A stretch of 64,000 bases of DNA, taken from NCBI GenBank assembly GCA_964270895.1, contig OZ185453.1. One strand, written 5' to 3'. This stretch comes from Podarcis filfolensis. Taxonomy: Eukaryota. The notes beneath the pieces were generated by a model. That model was not told the origin of the DNA and did no database searches. It was given only the letters and a program-made list of their open reading frames with translations. Both the position numbers and the translations under genes were made by a program. This document shows positions 43,691 through 56,132 of this stretch, piece by piece; within the stretch, counting starts at the first letter, position 1; every line of letters starts with the position of its first letter.

Positions 43691-46461
43691 GCAAGTCAGG
43701 TACACTGAATGAGAAAAACAAAACCCCTAAAGTTCACTGCTCCAAGTAAACTCTGTGGATTTCCAAGTTTAATTATTACGACTCCTCAACTGTCAAAGTT
43801 AAACTGGCCTTCCTGAAGAGAAATGAACATGATGATTGGGCTAATCGTGGATCTAGAAACAGGTTGCAAGGTAAGAAAGCCTGTAATATTGGCACACTGA
43901 ATGAAGCAAAGATGGTGAGAGATTGCGGGCATGTGGAATGATATGGGTATACAAATTTATTCTCAGAACAAAACAGCAAGTGCTGAGAATGACCCGACAC
44001 AACTGCATGTCAGTAAGCGCTATTATAAATGCACATCTTCTGCATAAAAAGACCTTCCAACATCCAGAAGCCGAGCATGACATTATACCCAGAGCTTCAA
44101 GGAAGTGTCGCTACCATGGATTGCTGAACACCAGAAGGCTGTATAAGGTGCTGCCACAGCTTATTCACCAGTCAGCATTTAAAGTACTGATTGATTTAGC
44201 TTTGTCTTGTTTCTATGAATACACAAAGCCCCTTTCTCCAGCACACATCCAATAATACACCTTGGTTTCATGCAGTTGACACATGCTCTAAACTAACCCA
44301 AGCTGGATGGCATCTGGTTGGCCACTGTGAGAACAGAGTGCTGGACTCTGGGCCACAAGGATTCCTCTTATGTTCTAATATGGCCTGAGATCCAGGAATC
44401 AAGTACCATGTCACTTGCCAGGTCTTTTGGAGACAAGCAACACTTACAAATTTATCAACAGTCACTGCAAGCAAATGTTGAATGTTAAAGTGAAGAACTG
44501 GGTTTCAATGAAGTGGAGGCCACAGCCTATTTGAGACTACAAAGACTTGTAAGCAATAGATCATAGCAAACAAATAGGATGGTAAGGGTATTGTTTGCAA
44601 GCCTCACCAAGCATTGTTTGAGGGGAGGGAATAGGCAGAGTCTTGCCAGCAGTGTGTATATTACTACTAAACTTTTATATGTGGTGGCCCTGCATCATTG
44701 CTCAGAGTTTATACAGGGAAGCCTTGACAGACAGACTATGTCACCTGGACAGACACTATAAAAGAATGTACTTGAATTAGCAGCTGTACATTTGCTAATC
44801 AGTATCAGCCGAGAACACTCACTCAATGCTTTTTGTTATTTTACGCTTCTATATACAAAGCTGGAAAATGAAAAATTGTTGGTTATTTTGCTGAAAGTAA
44901 GAAGTCTATCTATGGAACCAATTTGACAGTGCTTATCTAGGAGAAACTGGCGTTGGTTTGTATTGCTTTGAGGATTAAGAAGATTTTTGGCACTGCTACT
45001 AAAACTACAGTAACTGGTTTGTTAATTTTTTACTTCCTTGATCATTGCATCTATATTGTGTGGTGATGCAACATCAGCAGATTTGCCTGAGGAGCAATTT
45101 CAGCAAAAGGGCTCTAAAATTGCTTTTGATCAAGTCGTGGTTCTGGTCACCTAAAGTTTATTATTCCTTGATCAGCTTAACCAGAGCAGGAGCAGCATAA
45201 AAGACCAGTCTTAATTTCTAAGGGAAAAATGCTATGCCTCAAGCCTGTTTCCAAACAGTCATTTCTAATCTAGGGCCACTAGGGCCATTCTTGATGTGTG
45301 CAGTGTCTGAAGGAAATGAACTCTAAACCAACAGACAATGAGGCTGCAGCTTAGTGAGCTCTGGCACAAATTAAGCCCCGGCAGAGACTTCATGCAATTG
45401 AGATCCACATGATGACCAGTTTATGAATACTACTGCACACGCCAAAATGTGGAGCTGCCACCACATGGAACCACTGTCACCGTCTGACATCTTTTAATTG
45501 CTTCAACTAATTCCTGGCTTCTTCCAGAGAACAGCCTGCTCTTTTAAGCTAAAGTAAAATGTTTCATCAGAAAAACCAGTTAAGGCAGAGTGGCCTCTGT
45601 CCTACAAAGAAACTAAGCATTCTGTAACAACATAGCCCAAGTTCCACAACCCCAAAAGCTGAACTTTGCAATTGGTGTAAATTCTGGAACCCAAGCAAAT
45701 CAGCAGGGTTTGTTTTGCATAATCATGCAGTTTAAATGTTGAAGCATAAATTATTCTGCTTCTGAAAATCATATGGAATAGCCAAGAGCTAAAACAGAAT
45801 GTTAAAGCTCTGTTCCCCAGAAACGTTATCCTAGCCCTTCTGATTTGAGGTTTTACCCTCAAAACGTTTCTTTAAACCATAAAATTGTTGCTGCTCTCCC
45901 AACTCCACCCCAGTCAGTGAAATCAAATAAAAAGCTGAGATTCTTAGGAAACAGAATTCTTCAGCTGTATTCTACAGGTTTCCCAAGCTCCCACAAAATA
46001 GCAACAAGTGGAAATCATGCTATAGAGTGATAGTCCCAACATGAACTGTGAAAGTATGCCTGTTCTATAGATATGATTTATTCCTTCTTACTTTTTTACT
46101 TTGGATTTCTTAAATATAGTTCTACAACTCCATCCAGGTGACAGAGTCTTGAGACACTGGCCCTTCTCTGGCAATACACTAAAATTATGCACATGACCAC
46201 AACGAATGCTGGGAGAGGTGCAGAGGTCCTCTGCCAAGCTACACTTCTCAAAAAGCTATCTCCAATTAAAGGGCTTCTTAGCCCTTCAAAAATAAGACCT
46301 GTTAGCTGTAATGACACAGTCAACAGGAACGTCTAGCAGATGCATTTTGGGGTGGGAGTAGGAGTTAAAGAGTAGGATTTCCAGAAGCTTGTGTGTACTT
46401 CCAACTTGATGGCAGTGATAATTACCTTCTGGAAAGGGAAATGTTGTATTCTCCTCCTTAC

Positions 46462-46638
46462 CAATATGGATTTGCAGACTCCAGCCACAGCTTGGCAGGC
46501 TGCTGAGGTGGGGAAGTCTATAGGCAGGTTGGGCAGGCCCAAGATGGTGACTAGGGGCAGCAGGCCCTTCTGATTCACAAACTCCTGACAATGGTCATCT
46601 GTTGTATTGTTGCTGAGGATGGACTCCACAAATTTCAT
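46462..46638 (-). CDS. HUWE1: HUWE1 exon 13 ([11 protein letters not shown]...GVCKSIL)
   Basis: ctcag| / |gtaagg, 177 nt. Confidence 0.96.
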
Positions 46639-47287
46639 CTGAGAGACAGAAAAGGAGGGTAGGGAAGAAAATAATCAACACTTCATACAAAAACAAAAGG
46701 TTGGGTAGCCCACACCCAGACCAAGCCCAAATGGAGAGTGAAGCATGGAGAGCTCTCAACTCCATAGTTTCTCTACACTCTCTAAATCCAGATTCATCCA
46801 TCTTTCAAGAGGCAACTACAGTAAAGCCAAAGAAGGAGTGTTTTCTTTGTCCAATATCCTCACAACCCTGTGATAGATGGGTTCCAAGGCTAGCTGCTCC
46901 AAAAAAAGCAATCAGTAAAGCAAAGTTTACTTTGACATTCCAGGATTAATTAAAAGGACACCACACTCACTCTGCAGATAATCAGCAAACCTGCAGTATC
47001 TTTTTTTTATTTAACTGATATGTTAAGAAAGTGAATATTACATACTCAAACTCCTACCTCTTAAAATAATTCTATATATGGAAAAAATGATAAAATATTG
47101 CTATTTTGAACATGTATTTGTGTCTTTAAATAAGACCAACACCAAGCAAGTTCAGGAAGCATTACTGAGTGACAAAACTGTGGCTACAAGAGCCATACAA
47201 ATTCATTCTAACAACATGACATGTGAGGCTGGAGACAAAAAAGGTGTCAGGCAAAAGAGCTGGGGATGCCTGAATATCTCCCTAAAC

Positions 47288-47564
47288 CAGGGGTCAGCAA
47301 CTTAAGGCCCATGGGTTGGAAGTGGCCCGCGGAGGTTGTTTGACCGGCCCATGAGTTGCCGCCAAACTTAGCTGCCCGCTCACGTGCTGCGCTAAACTGG
47401 CGCAGCGCGGGGACTCGCTTCCGCGGCGCTGAATACTGCGTCTGCACATGCGCAGATGCCGAAAATCATGGGGGCGCATGCTCACACGGGCACACGATCC
47501 GGCCCACAGAGGGATCTCCACAGGACCAATCTGGCCCAGGCAAGTTAAACCTTGCTGACCCCTG
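47288..47564. mobile_element. hAT (Charlie-type) MITE
   Basis: TIRs CAGGGGTCAGCAA / TTGCTGACCCCTG; 8-bp TSD ccctaaac / ccctagac (7/8). Confidence 0.9.
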
Positions 47565-47632
47565 CCCTAGACACACTGAAGCCAATCCTGCCAAGGTATC
47601 CCTCAAGGACCACCCACTAATAGAGAACTTAC

Positions 47633-47690
47633 CACATTAAGGATGTAGTCCATGAGTGGGATTGGTATCCGTTCTTCTGTCCCGACCACC
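47633..47690 (-). CDS. HUWE1: HUWE1 exon 12 (VVGTEERIPIPLMDYILNV)
   Basis: tctag| / |gtaagt, 58 nt. Confidence 0.95.
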
Positions 47691-49758
47691 CTAGAGGGGG
47701 GGAAAAGGCTCATTACTGCAATCATATTGTTCAATACAGGCCTCCAGACACTCGCTTTTGGGTTGTAGATATGTGAGCTAGCTGCTCAGCTTGCGACCAC
47801 CTTACAGTATTCTCCCCCAGCTCCCAATCAAATTTATCAGAGGGCAACCGCACGAAAGACACTATCAAAATCTTTGCTCACCTTTCTTAGTCCTAGACAC
47901 GCAATATCCAGCTCCCACATTCCAGGTTTTATGCAAAGCTGTCTCCTATTAAGGTTTCCCAAAAAGATAAACTGGGAGAATAGAAGTACCATCGTTCTCT
48001 TCCAACAACAACAAAAATTCCAGAGGGCAGCCCTGCGCCAGGACTGCGGCAAAACCGCGCCTGAAGCAGTCCAGAATGCAACATGGTGACAAAAGATACC
48101 AGCATTGAGGAGACACCAGAAAAAGGCAAAAGGAGGGGGATAACTGTGCTGCCCATCTTGGCTGCTGGCCTCAAATTGGATTAAAGATGGGAATGTGGCA
48201 GGGGCCATGAATGGTCGACTGCCAGGCGCCATGGAGTTCTGCAGCAAAATGGAGCTGGGGAGGAGGAGAAGGAGGGGAGGGAACAATTGGGCAGTGACGT
48301 AAAAAGCATGCTCGGTGCAAGTTTTGGTCGGAGAAGGAAGAGAAGAAAGCGAAGTCTGACACAGGCAAGGAGGGGCCAGGCAAAATGCTTGGGGTGGATG
48401 GGCGGGGGGAAGAAAAGTGGAGGATACTGGGACCTCTCCAGTCTGCACCAGGCACCTGCCACATGGCAGCAAGCAAGCCAAAAGGAAATCCGGCCCTGCA
48501 AGTTTGGCCAGAAGAAACATGGCTGCCTCCCTGAAACTAGAAGGAAGTTTAACTGTTTCTAAACCGCCACGCACACAGGTCTGTTCTCAACTAAGGCAAT
48601 ACAAAGAAACAAATGCTTAATTCAAAACAGTCTACTCTAAACAAGGATCCTCAAGCCAGCAAACAACTGGATCCAGAGCTCCTTAAGCCAGAAAACTCCC
48701 TATAAACCAGAACTGCCAGGGCAAACTTTTTCCCAGCGCCTGAACATTCTTCCTCCACCCACCCACTCTGCAAGGCATCATGCCATCTCGGGGCCAGCAG
48801 GCTCTCAATGCAGGACAGCAACTACTCCTCTCTCATTTCCCCCACGGCATTACCCAGCATATGGCACACATACAAAGTACCACATAGCCAGGAGCTTATG
48901 GGGTTAAGAAACCCCATAGACAGGAAACTTCAGAGTTCAGAAGTTTACAAAGAAACAGCTGGCAGGCACTCAGAAGCTGCTGCAGAGCTTGCCAAAGCAT
49001 TGCAGAGCCAAGAGAGTCTCTGAGTAAGGCCTTCTGCGCAGCTGGGATCAGGGTGCCAGGGAGCAAGCAAAACTATGCCAAAAATGCTCACGGCGACCCT
49101 CCATCCACCCCAAATGTAATCCTGCCCTTTGCTAGTGCAACAGGAGGCTCCTTGTCCCAAGAACTAATGCAATCATTGCTCAAAACCAGTTCAATGAAAT
49201 ATGTATTGGCTCAGGGGCCTTCTCTATAACTGGTTTTGCCAAGATCTCAGCATTCTACCTGTAAACAGTCAGCAGACTAGATTTCACGAGCTCAGCTACA
49301 AGACTTTCCTCAATCTATGTCATACTCACAACAACACACATTAAGTACAGAATTCTAGTCACCAGAAACACATTTTAGTGATAAAAATTATTCCTCAGCA
49401 TCTACACAATAAAATCTACACAAAAATCTACACACAAAAAATGAGGCAGAGCTAAAGAAAGCAGCCTGATCCTATGAATGTTTACTTATAGAGTATGTTC
49501 TACTGAATAAAATTGTTCTCACTCCCTTGTAAGTCTGCAAAAGACCACAGCCCAAGTCTCTTCTCGGTAAAACAATCAAACATAAAACTCTAGTAAAAAC
49601 AGAAGCTACCTGGAAACATCTTGTTTCTAGGGTTCTACCACACTTACGAGGGGAAACACAATTCACACACCACCTACCACTTGGCTGGGAGAATTAAGTT
49701 TCACTTTCCACAAAACCTGGCTTATCACGTCCTATGAACCAGGTATCATGGTGTAAAA

Positions 49759-49887
49759 CAGGAATGAGGAACCTGTGGCTCTCTACAGGTTGCTGCACAC
49801 CCCTATCATACCCGACCACTGGGCCATGCTACCTGAGGTTGACGGAGTCCAATAACATCTGGAGGGCCACAGGTTTCCCACCCCCTG
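49759..49887. mobile_element. Decayed palindromic hAT MITE
   Basis: caggaatgaggaacctgtggc ... gccacaggtttcccaccccctg; TSD not recognisable. Confidence 0.6.
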
Positions 49888-50956
49888 GGCTAGGTAAATA
49901 AGACAGTTTCACAGTCCATGGTTTGAAGTTGGCTGGTTTACACAGAACAAATTTTTAAAAATCACAATCTCTGATTTATATGTAATAAGTCAGGTTTTGT
50001 GGAAGTGAAACTAAACCCTGTAGGTGTCCTCTGAGGTGAGAGGAAGAACACAAGCCCAAGGCTCACAGCAGCTCCTTCCTGTCATGTTTTAGTCTTACAT
50101 GAGAACATGGACAATCTGAAAGCCCAGTGGTGGGAATAAGCAGGTTTATCAAGGTTTGAAAAGATCCAGCCAAGTTGTGGTTCTTGGTAAGTTATAATTT
50201 GGGAGTTTCTCCAAAGCAATGAATACTCTGTGTTGATGCATTTTTAAGAAAGCACTTGCAGCTAAGTTTGGTCATCTGACCAATCAAAAAAAGATTTGGT
50301 CAACTGACCAAATAGTGGTTAACTTTGAAAGAATTAACTTTAATTAGAACAAAAACAGAAAGATAAACATGTTTGATATTTGTACTAATTACAAAAACAA
50401 AATAATCTGTTAATGAAATCATAAAGTTACTACCATATTTAAAACAAAAAGAACTGTAATGAATTATAACTTTCAATCACTTGAAATGTGAATTCACTGA
50501 ACTGTTCTCTAGCTTTTATCCCGAACACCAGGGTCAGTCTATGACTACATAATGAAATAAAATCCCAAATAAAGTATAGCAACAGCAACCAACTAAAAAG
50601 TTTTAAATGCAGTTGTGCTAATTAGGCAGCTAGTAGGTTCAACCATTGTGGCTTGATGAGGTATGTGATTGTGGTCAAATGATAACAGATAGCAAATTTA
50701 TAATGTCTGATCTGTCAATTGACTGGCATGCCAACCCTACCCATAAGCTCACAAAAGCCAATTTCTCCTAGTCACAAGCCAACAGAATAATGAGCACATT
50801 CCCCAGAGAAAAATTAAGCCTGCCAGGAGAGCAGGAAGATTACACATGCACAGCATAGAATGGAACTGAGAGGAGTAAATTAAATATTCCCACCCACTCT
50901 CACTTGCAAGTGAATTTCTCTGAAAGCCAGTGGTGCTTACTTCCGAGTAAAATGTA

Positions 50957-51784
50957 TGTAAGGCAGGAAATAGGTAAGTGAAGAATCAGCTTGCAGAAAC
51001 AAGAAAGAAAAGCTAACAGTACCACTTTGACTGAAACCCACCTCTGGGTTCTGCTGTGGTCCAAGTGATCTTTATAACAGCTTCACCCACCTCTTTCCTT
51101 AGAATTGTGCTTTGTATAATACAGGGGTAGGCAACCTAAGGCCCGGGGGCCAGATGCCGCCCAATCGCCTTCTCAAGGCGTGCGGATGGTCCGGGAATCA
51201 GCGTGTTTTTACATGAGTAGAATGTGTCCTTTTATTTAAAATGCATCTCTGGGTTATTTGTGGGGCATAGGAATTTGTTCATTTTTTTCTTCAAAATATA
51301 GTCCGGCACACCACATGGTCTGAAGGACGGTGGACCGGCCCATGGCTAAAAAAGGTTGATGACCCCTGGTGTAATATATCACTTCAATCACATCTCAGGG
51401 CTATAAATCCAGCAGAGCCCACTCTACCATTCACTGGCTGTGTTATGTTCACTGCCTAGAAACTCTGTTCATTGTGTAGCACTGTAAACCTACTAAATAA
51501 ACAAATGCAAACCATGAATATAAGGCATTATTTGTGAATCTGTGGCCTGCTTCAATACCAAACAGGTATTAAATGTCAGCAACCTTGTATTGAAGGGTAA
51601 ATATCACAATAATGCTAAACAGTAAAATGACCATGGTCTTATCCTGTCTTGATTCAAAACCATAAGGCAGGCATGAACAGCAAGACACTGAATGAGGAGG
51701 TGGGTTTCAGTCAAAGTGGTACTGTTAGCTTTTCTTTCTTGTTTCTGCAAGCTGATTCTTCACTTACCTATTTCCTGCCTTACA
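50957..51784. repeat. Perfect 88-bp inverted repeat (50957-51044 / 51697-51784), 652-bp spacer
   Basis: Base-by-base reverse-complement identity; the second copy is flanked by the direct repeat agacactgaa (51683-51692 / 51784-51793). Confidence 0.93.
51122..51368. mobile_element. hAT (Charlie/OposCharlie1-like) MITE
   Basis: TIRs CAGGGGTAGGCAACC / GGTTGATGACCCCTG; TSD gtataata / gtgtaata (7/8); 247 bp. Confidence 0.88.
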
Positions 51785-52523
51785 GACACTGAAACAAATG
51801 CACCATTTCTCAAACAGTCTCTACCAAAAATGCTCAAAGGAATCAAACTTTACTCTTATGAAGGGCTTTTTTCTTTTTTGCAACAGTACACTTCACTAAA
51901 TGAACTCAACAGTTGCCTCAAATTCTGCTTTTCCCTCAATGTAGTGATCATAGCACACAGGAAAATGCATGCTTTGCTAACACACGAAGAGCTATGCAAA
52001 TGCATTTTCTGCTGTGTACAATGCACTTGCCAGTCAACATGGGTAACAGCTGCCCAAGTACATTTTCTGCTATATGCAGCAACCTTGACAGTTATGTGAA
52101 GCACGTTGACCAGGATCCAGAGAGTTGCTTAGGCTTACTCAGAGAGCCTCTGCTAATCCAGTGGGATGTATCTTTTGTATAGCTTACCCATCCCAACACA
52201 CCCCGTGCTGGCACCAGCTGCTCTGAAACGCTCCGTTTCAAAACTAATTGCCAAGTGGCATGTTGGATTGCCACTGAAGAAAAACAAGACCCCATTAGAT
52301 TCATGGAATTAACTTCATGGGTTCTCTGAACCATCACCATGCTCTTCCTAAACATGAAGGACAGCCCAGTTGTTTTGCCAAGCCCCCCCCCCCCCCGGCC
52401 CTCAAATACAGGTTGTTTTCAAGCAGCTTTAAAAACTGATCAGAAAGCAAGTGCAGGCTAGACTTTGCAGCAAGCCACCATTCACAGGATTGCTGTATGT
52501 TATTTTTAGCCTCAGCTACTCAC

Positions 52524-52735
52524 TGCTGGCTGGATTCTGCCTCACTCTGCTGCGTGGCATTGAAACTCTGCATAGCTTGCACCTCTTCTTCTTCTTCATC
52601 CTCACTAGAGGCCTCCTCTGCTGCATGAGTTGAGCGAGGTGGGGGAGCAGTGGCTGTTCCATCAGCCTTTTGAATGGAGGGCTTCTGGCAGATGTATTTA
52701 GGGTCTCGGCCCAGATTGCAGATTTCTTCTAGTAA
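52524..52735 (-). CDS. HUWE1: HUWE1 exon 11 ([12 protein letters not shown]...EAESSQ)
   Basis: tgcag| / |gtgagt, 212 nt. Confidence 0.96.
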
Positions 52736-52937
52736 CTGCAGAACAGTGAACAAGCATGTTGGCATGGAACAAGTTCTGGTTAGGACTTCCAGAATACCAG
52801 TCTGCTATGTTATTCTCCAAATAAGACTGCATTCAGGAAAAAACAGTGTAAAAGAGACAACTTCTAGGTGCACAACTTGGGAGGCTGGCAAGATAGAGAC
52901 ACAAACAGCATAGGAACCATTCAGGTCTACTTCCTAC

Positions 52938-53029
52938 CTTAATTATGGCTGTAGTAGCATCTGTCTTGAGTGTGGGCTGGTGCCTCATGAGCTCATCCAC
53001 AGCACTTCCAAGATTGGAAGCAGTGTCCC
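52938..53029 (-). CDS. HUWE1: HUWE1 exon 10 ((G)[13 protein letters not shown]...TAIIK)
   Basis: tctag| / |gtagga, 92 nt. Confidence 0.96.
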
Positions 53030-55041
53030 CTAGAATGAACACCGGGAAAGGGGAGTAAATTAGATTTAAGCTATAAAGGACTGTGGTACTTGGCATAAAC
53101 CAGCCCAGTCAAGTAAGTAACAATTTATTTTTGTCCTCTTAATCTACATAACTCAATATTCTAATGAAACTTTTAAAAAAAAAAGGTTCAGTGTTGCATG
53201 AAAGGGAAACAAGGTATAAGGGAAAATAACAGAAGGCCAGATGGGAGTAACAGCTAATTTCTAGGTATGACTCTCTTGCAGTAACGGTGTGAGTTTTCCA
53301 CCTATTAATCTCCAAATCCATAAGCCTGGAACTTGCTTTCATAAAAAGTTAGCATGATATTTTCAAGAATACCAACTTCTACAATCTTCAGGCACGAATG
53401 TCTTTATTATAAACTGTGGGTGAGCATAGATAGGAGATGGAAAGTGAGAATAAGATCTTGTTTATTCTCTAAGATCCCCTGATATGCTTCTGGATTGCCT
53501 CTTGTGTTTGGAGCAAAGAGGAGACATACTGTGGTCTCTCCTTCTTGCAAGTTGGGTCTACAAAGGTGGCAGGTGGAGTTACTGTTCCATCCAAAGGCCT
53601 TTCACGCGCAGAATGCCACAAGGTTCAATCTACACAAAACTGTCTGGAGATTTTGGCTGAAGATTTTGGACACTCAATGCTATCTCTCCTTTACATCTGC
53701 TTTCAATGAGTTAACTAAGGTTCCGAACTGGTGTCTAAGGTCTGTGATGAACTGGATGTGAGTAAACAAGCTGCCCAAACAAGATGGAAGCACCATTGGC
53801 TGGATATGCTACTAATTCAAGATTGAGTGTGGTTGCATTTCTTTTTAAGAATCAGGTATGGGTCGCCACAGGTCAAAAGAATCTATTTTTCTACGCAACC
53901 ACGGCAGCCCAAGTAGTATATGTTCCTTCTGTTCACTTTCTGTTTATACATGCTCAGCCTCTTCTACACAGAACACATTCCTTAAACATGCCCATATTTC
54001 ACTGGATGCCAGCATTGGACACCCATCCTTCCCTCCATTCTGAACACCGCCACACACAAGAACAAGGATATGATTGGCGATCCTCACTTGAAATTTTATA
54101 AATCATTTAATGTGTCAACACGATAAGAGTTATTAATACTGCAGATGTTGTATAAGGGATTATTATTATAACCAGAATGCAATTGACACTAATAAGATTT
54201 TAGAAAGCAGAAATAAAGAAAATTATCAAATCATCAAATCAAGCATGCAGTGGGCCACTTTAACTAAATCATATAATTCAGTACTTGAATGATTGGTATT
54301 AATAATTGTATTATAAATTGGTATTGCTATATTGAGGTTATTATTGGACTGTAATTGAAAACTAATAAAATTTTACCCCCAAAAATAATAATAATAGTAA
54401 GGATTGGCAACTCTTGCCGTAACTGATAAAAGTATGCCAAAAAAGTTACATTTCTAAGGCACCATCAATAATGGAATGAAACCTTTCAGATTCATAGCCA
54501 TCTCATTTTGTCTGCCGCCAGTACAATTTCTGGTTGTGATTACAAGATCACCCACTGCAAAGACAAAGATGCCAGGTGGAAAGCTGCACATTCACGTGTT
54601 AAAACACTACAAGCTGCACAACATTGGGTGCTGTATTAAGTCATCAGGAAAGTAAGATTCTGAGGCAGAAAAACAACTTCCATTCAACTTAATATTTAGA
54701 AATGGTAAGCAACAGAAGCTTGTTTTCAAAAGGGAAATTGGAAATTCCTCATCACAGGTTGTTAACATTCCACTTTATAAGAATTTCACCTAGGAACAGA
54801 GCCTATATATGAGCCAGAAAACACTAGGATTACTTTGTTAATTAGACTGGATAATAGTCAAATTAAAAATGATTTCCAAAAGTTAAAAGGGGGAGGGACC
54901 CTCCAGTTGTCTCCAGGGAGCAGGATAAAACAAACTTTTCCCTCTTAATATATTTGAAGATGGCTATCTAATGTCTGGACCACATGATGGTGACAAGTAG
55001 GGAGAAATGCCCAACACAAATGGACCCCAGAAGATACTCAC

Positions 55042-55219
55042 CAAGAGGGTCTGAGCTGCGACGCCTCCTCATTGCTGGAAGGTAGTCTGGTGAGAGCAAC
55101 ACTTTGAAGAGGCGTTCAAAAGGCTGACACTGAACGAAGGATTGGAGGCCCCGGGCATTCAGGCACAGGGCACTGAAGACATTAGGAAGGGAGCCCAGAA
55201 CTTCCCGTGTGGCTGGGAC
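55042..55219 (-). CDS. HUWE1: HUWE1 exon 9 ([12 protein letters not shown]...RRRRSSDPL)
   Basis: gacag| / |gtgagt, 178 nt. Confidence 0.96.
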
Positions 55220-56132
55220 CTGTCAGGAGAGACGTGCACCGCAATGCCAAAAGGGTCACAAAGTTGCACTTGAGCTATAAAAGTAACATTTTTTTATAAA
55301 CATTTATTTGATGCAAATGAGGCCTAACAACCTAACACAAGAATGGTTAGACTTCAGGCTTGTCAGATCTTCTTTGCTTTTTTAATTCTAGCTACATGTC
55401 CTTTGCACCTGGCTACTCCATGGAAGATCTTGAAATTCTGAAAAGAAGTTTGCCTCCAAGCACATTCTGAGCCTAGGAATTTCCCCCCCAGTACCTGATT
55501 TACATGGAAAAAAGAATTTGTTGTTGTTATTCTTAATGAACTGGGAGTCAGAACCTTTTTGCAATCTGCTTCCTATCACACAAATCTGCCACCAGATCCT
55601 GATCAACCTTCTGCTCACCTTTGGCCTAACGTAACAAAATGCAGTGAGATATGGCATAAAAGCAATGTGGGAAAAGAGGAATTTTTATGTGGAATGGGGA
55701 ACCCATTCTTATGTATAGGAGCCAGAGAACTCTCTTAACTGAGTTGAATGACTTGAGAGAAAAAATGTAGCTTCAAGGGACTACGTTGAGAGAAAACAAT
55801 ATAAACAGGAAAGCAGAGATTCAAAGGTGGAAATTGGAAAGAAATGGTAGAGTGAACTTACTGAGCAGGAGTGGAAATAAAGTGGAAAGACAAAATTGAA
55901 GTAAATCCACGTATTTCCACATTAATCCTCCATTTGAGCAGAATAAAAGAGTAGCTGAGGAGATATGTCGAAAAAGTAGCACAAGTGCAATTCCAACTGT
56001 GCCATGAACCCCTAAATGGGCCAGCACAGTACACGTAACATGAACTATATGAAATGCTTTTATCAAGTATATTCATTTACAAAATGAATTAGATTGCAGT
56101 GCCAGAAATTAGCAACTGCTGGAATGCAAAAT

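Noticed and set aside
53700-54400. LINE-like 3' region ending in AATAAA and (AAT)n
   Set aside because: Composition suggests a decayed retroelement tail, but I could identify no family motif or TSD, so it is not listed as a feature.
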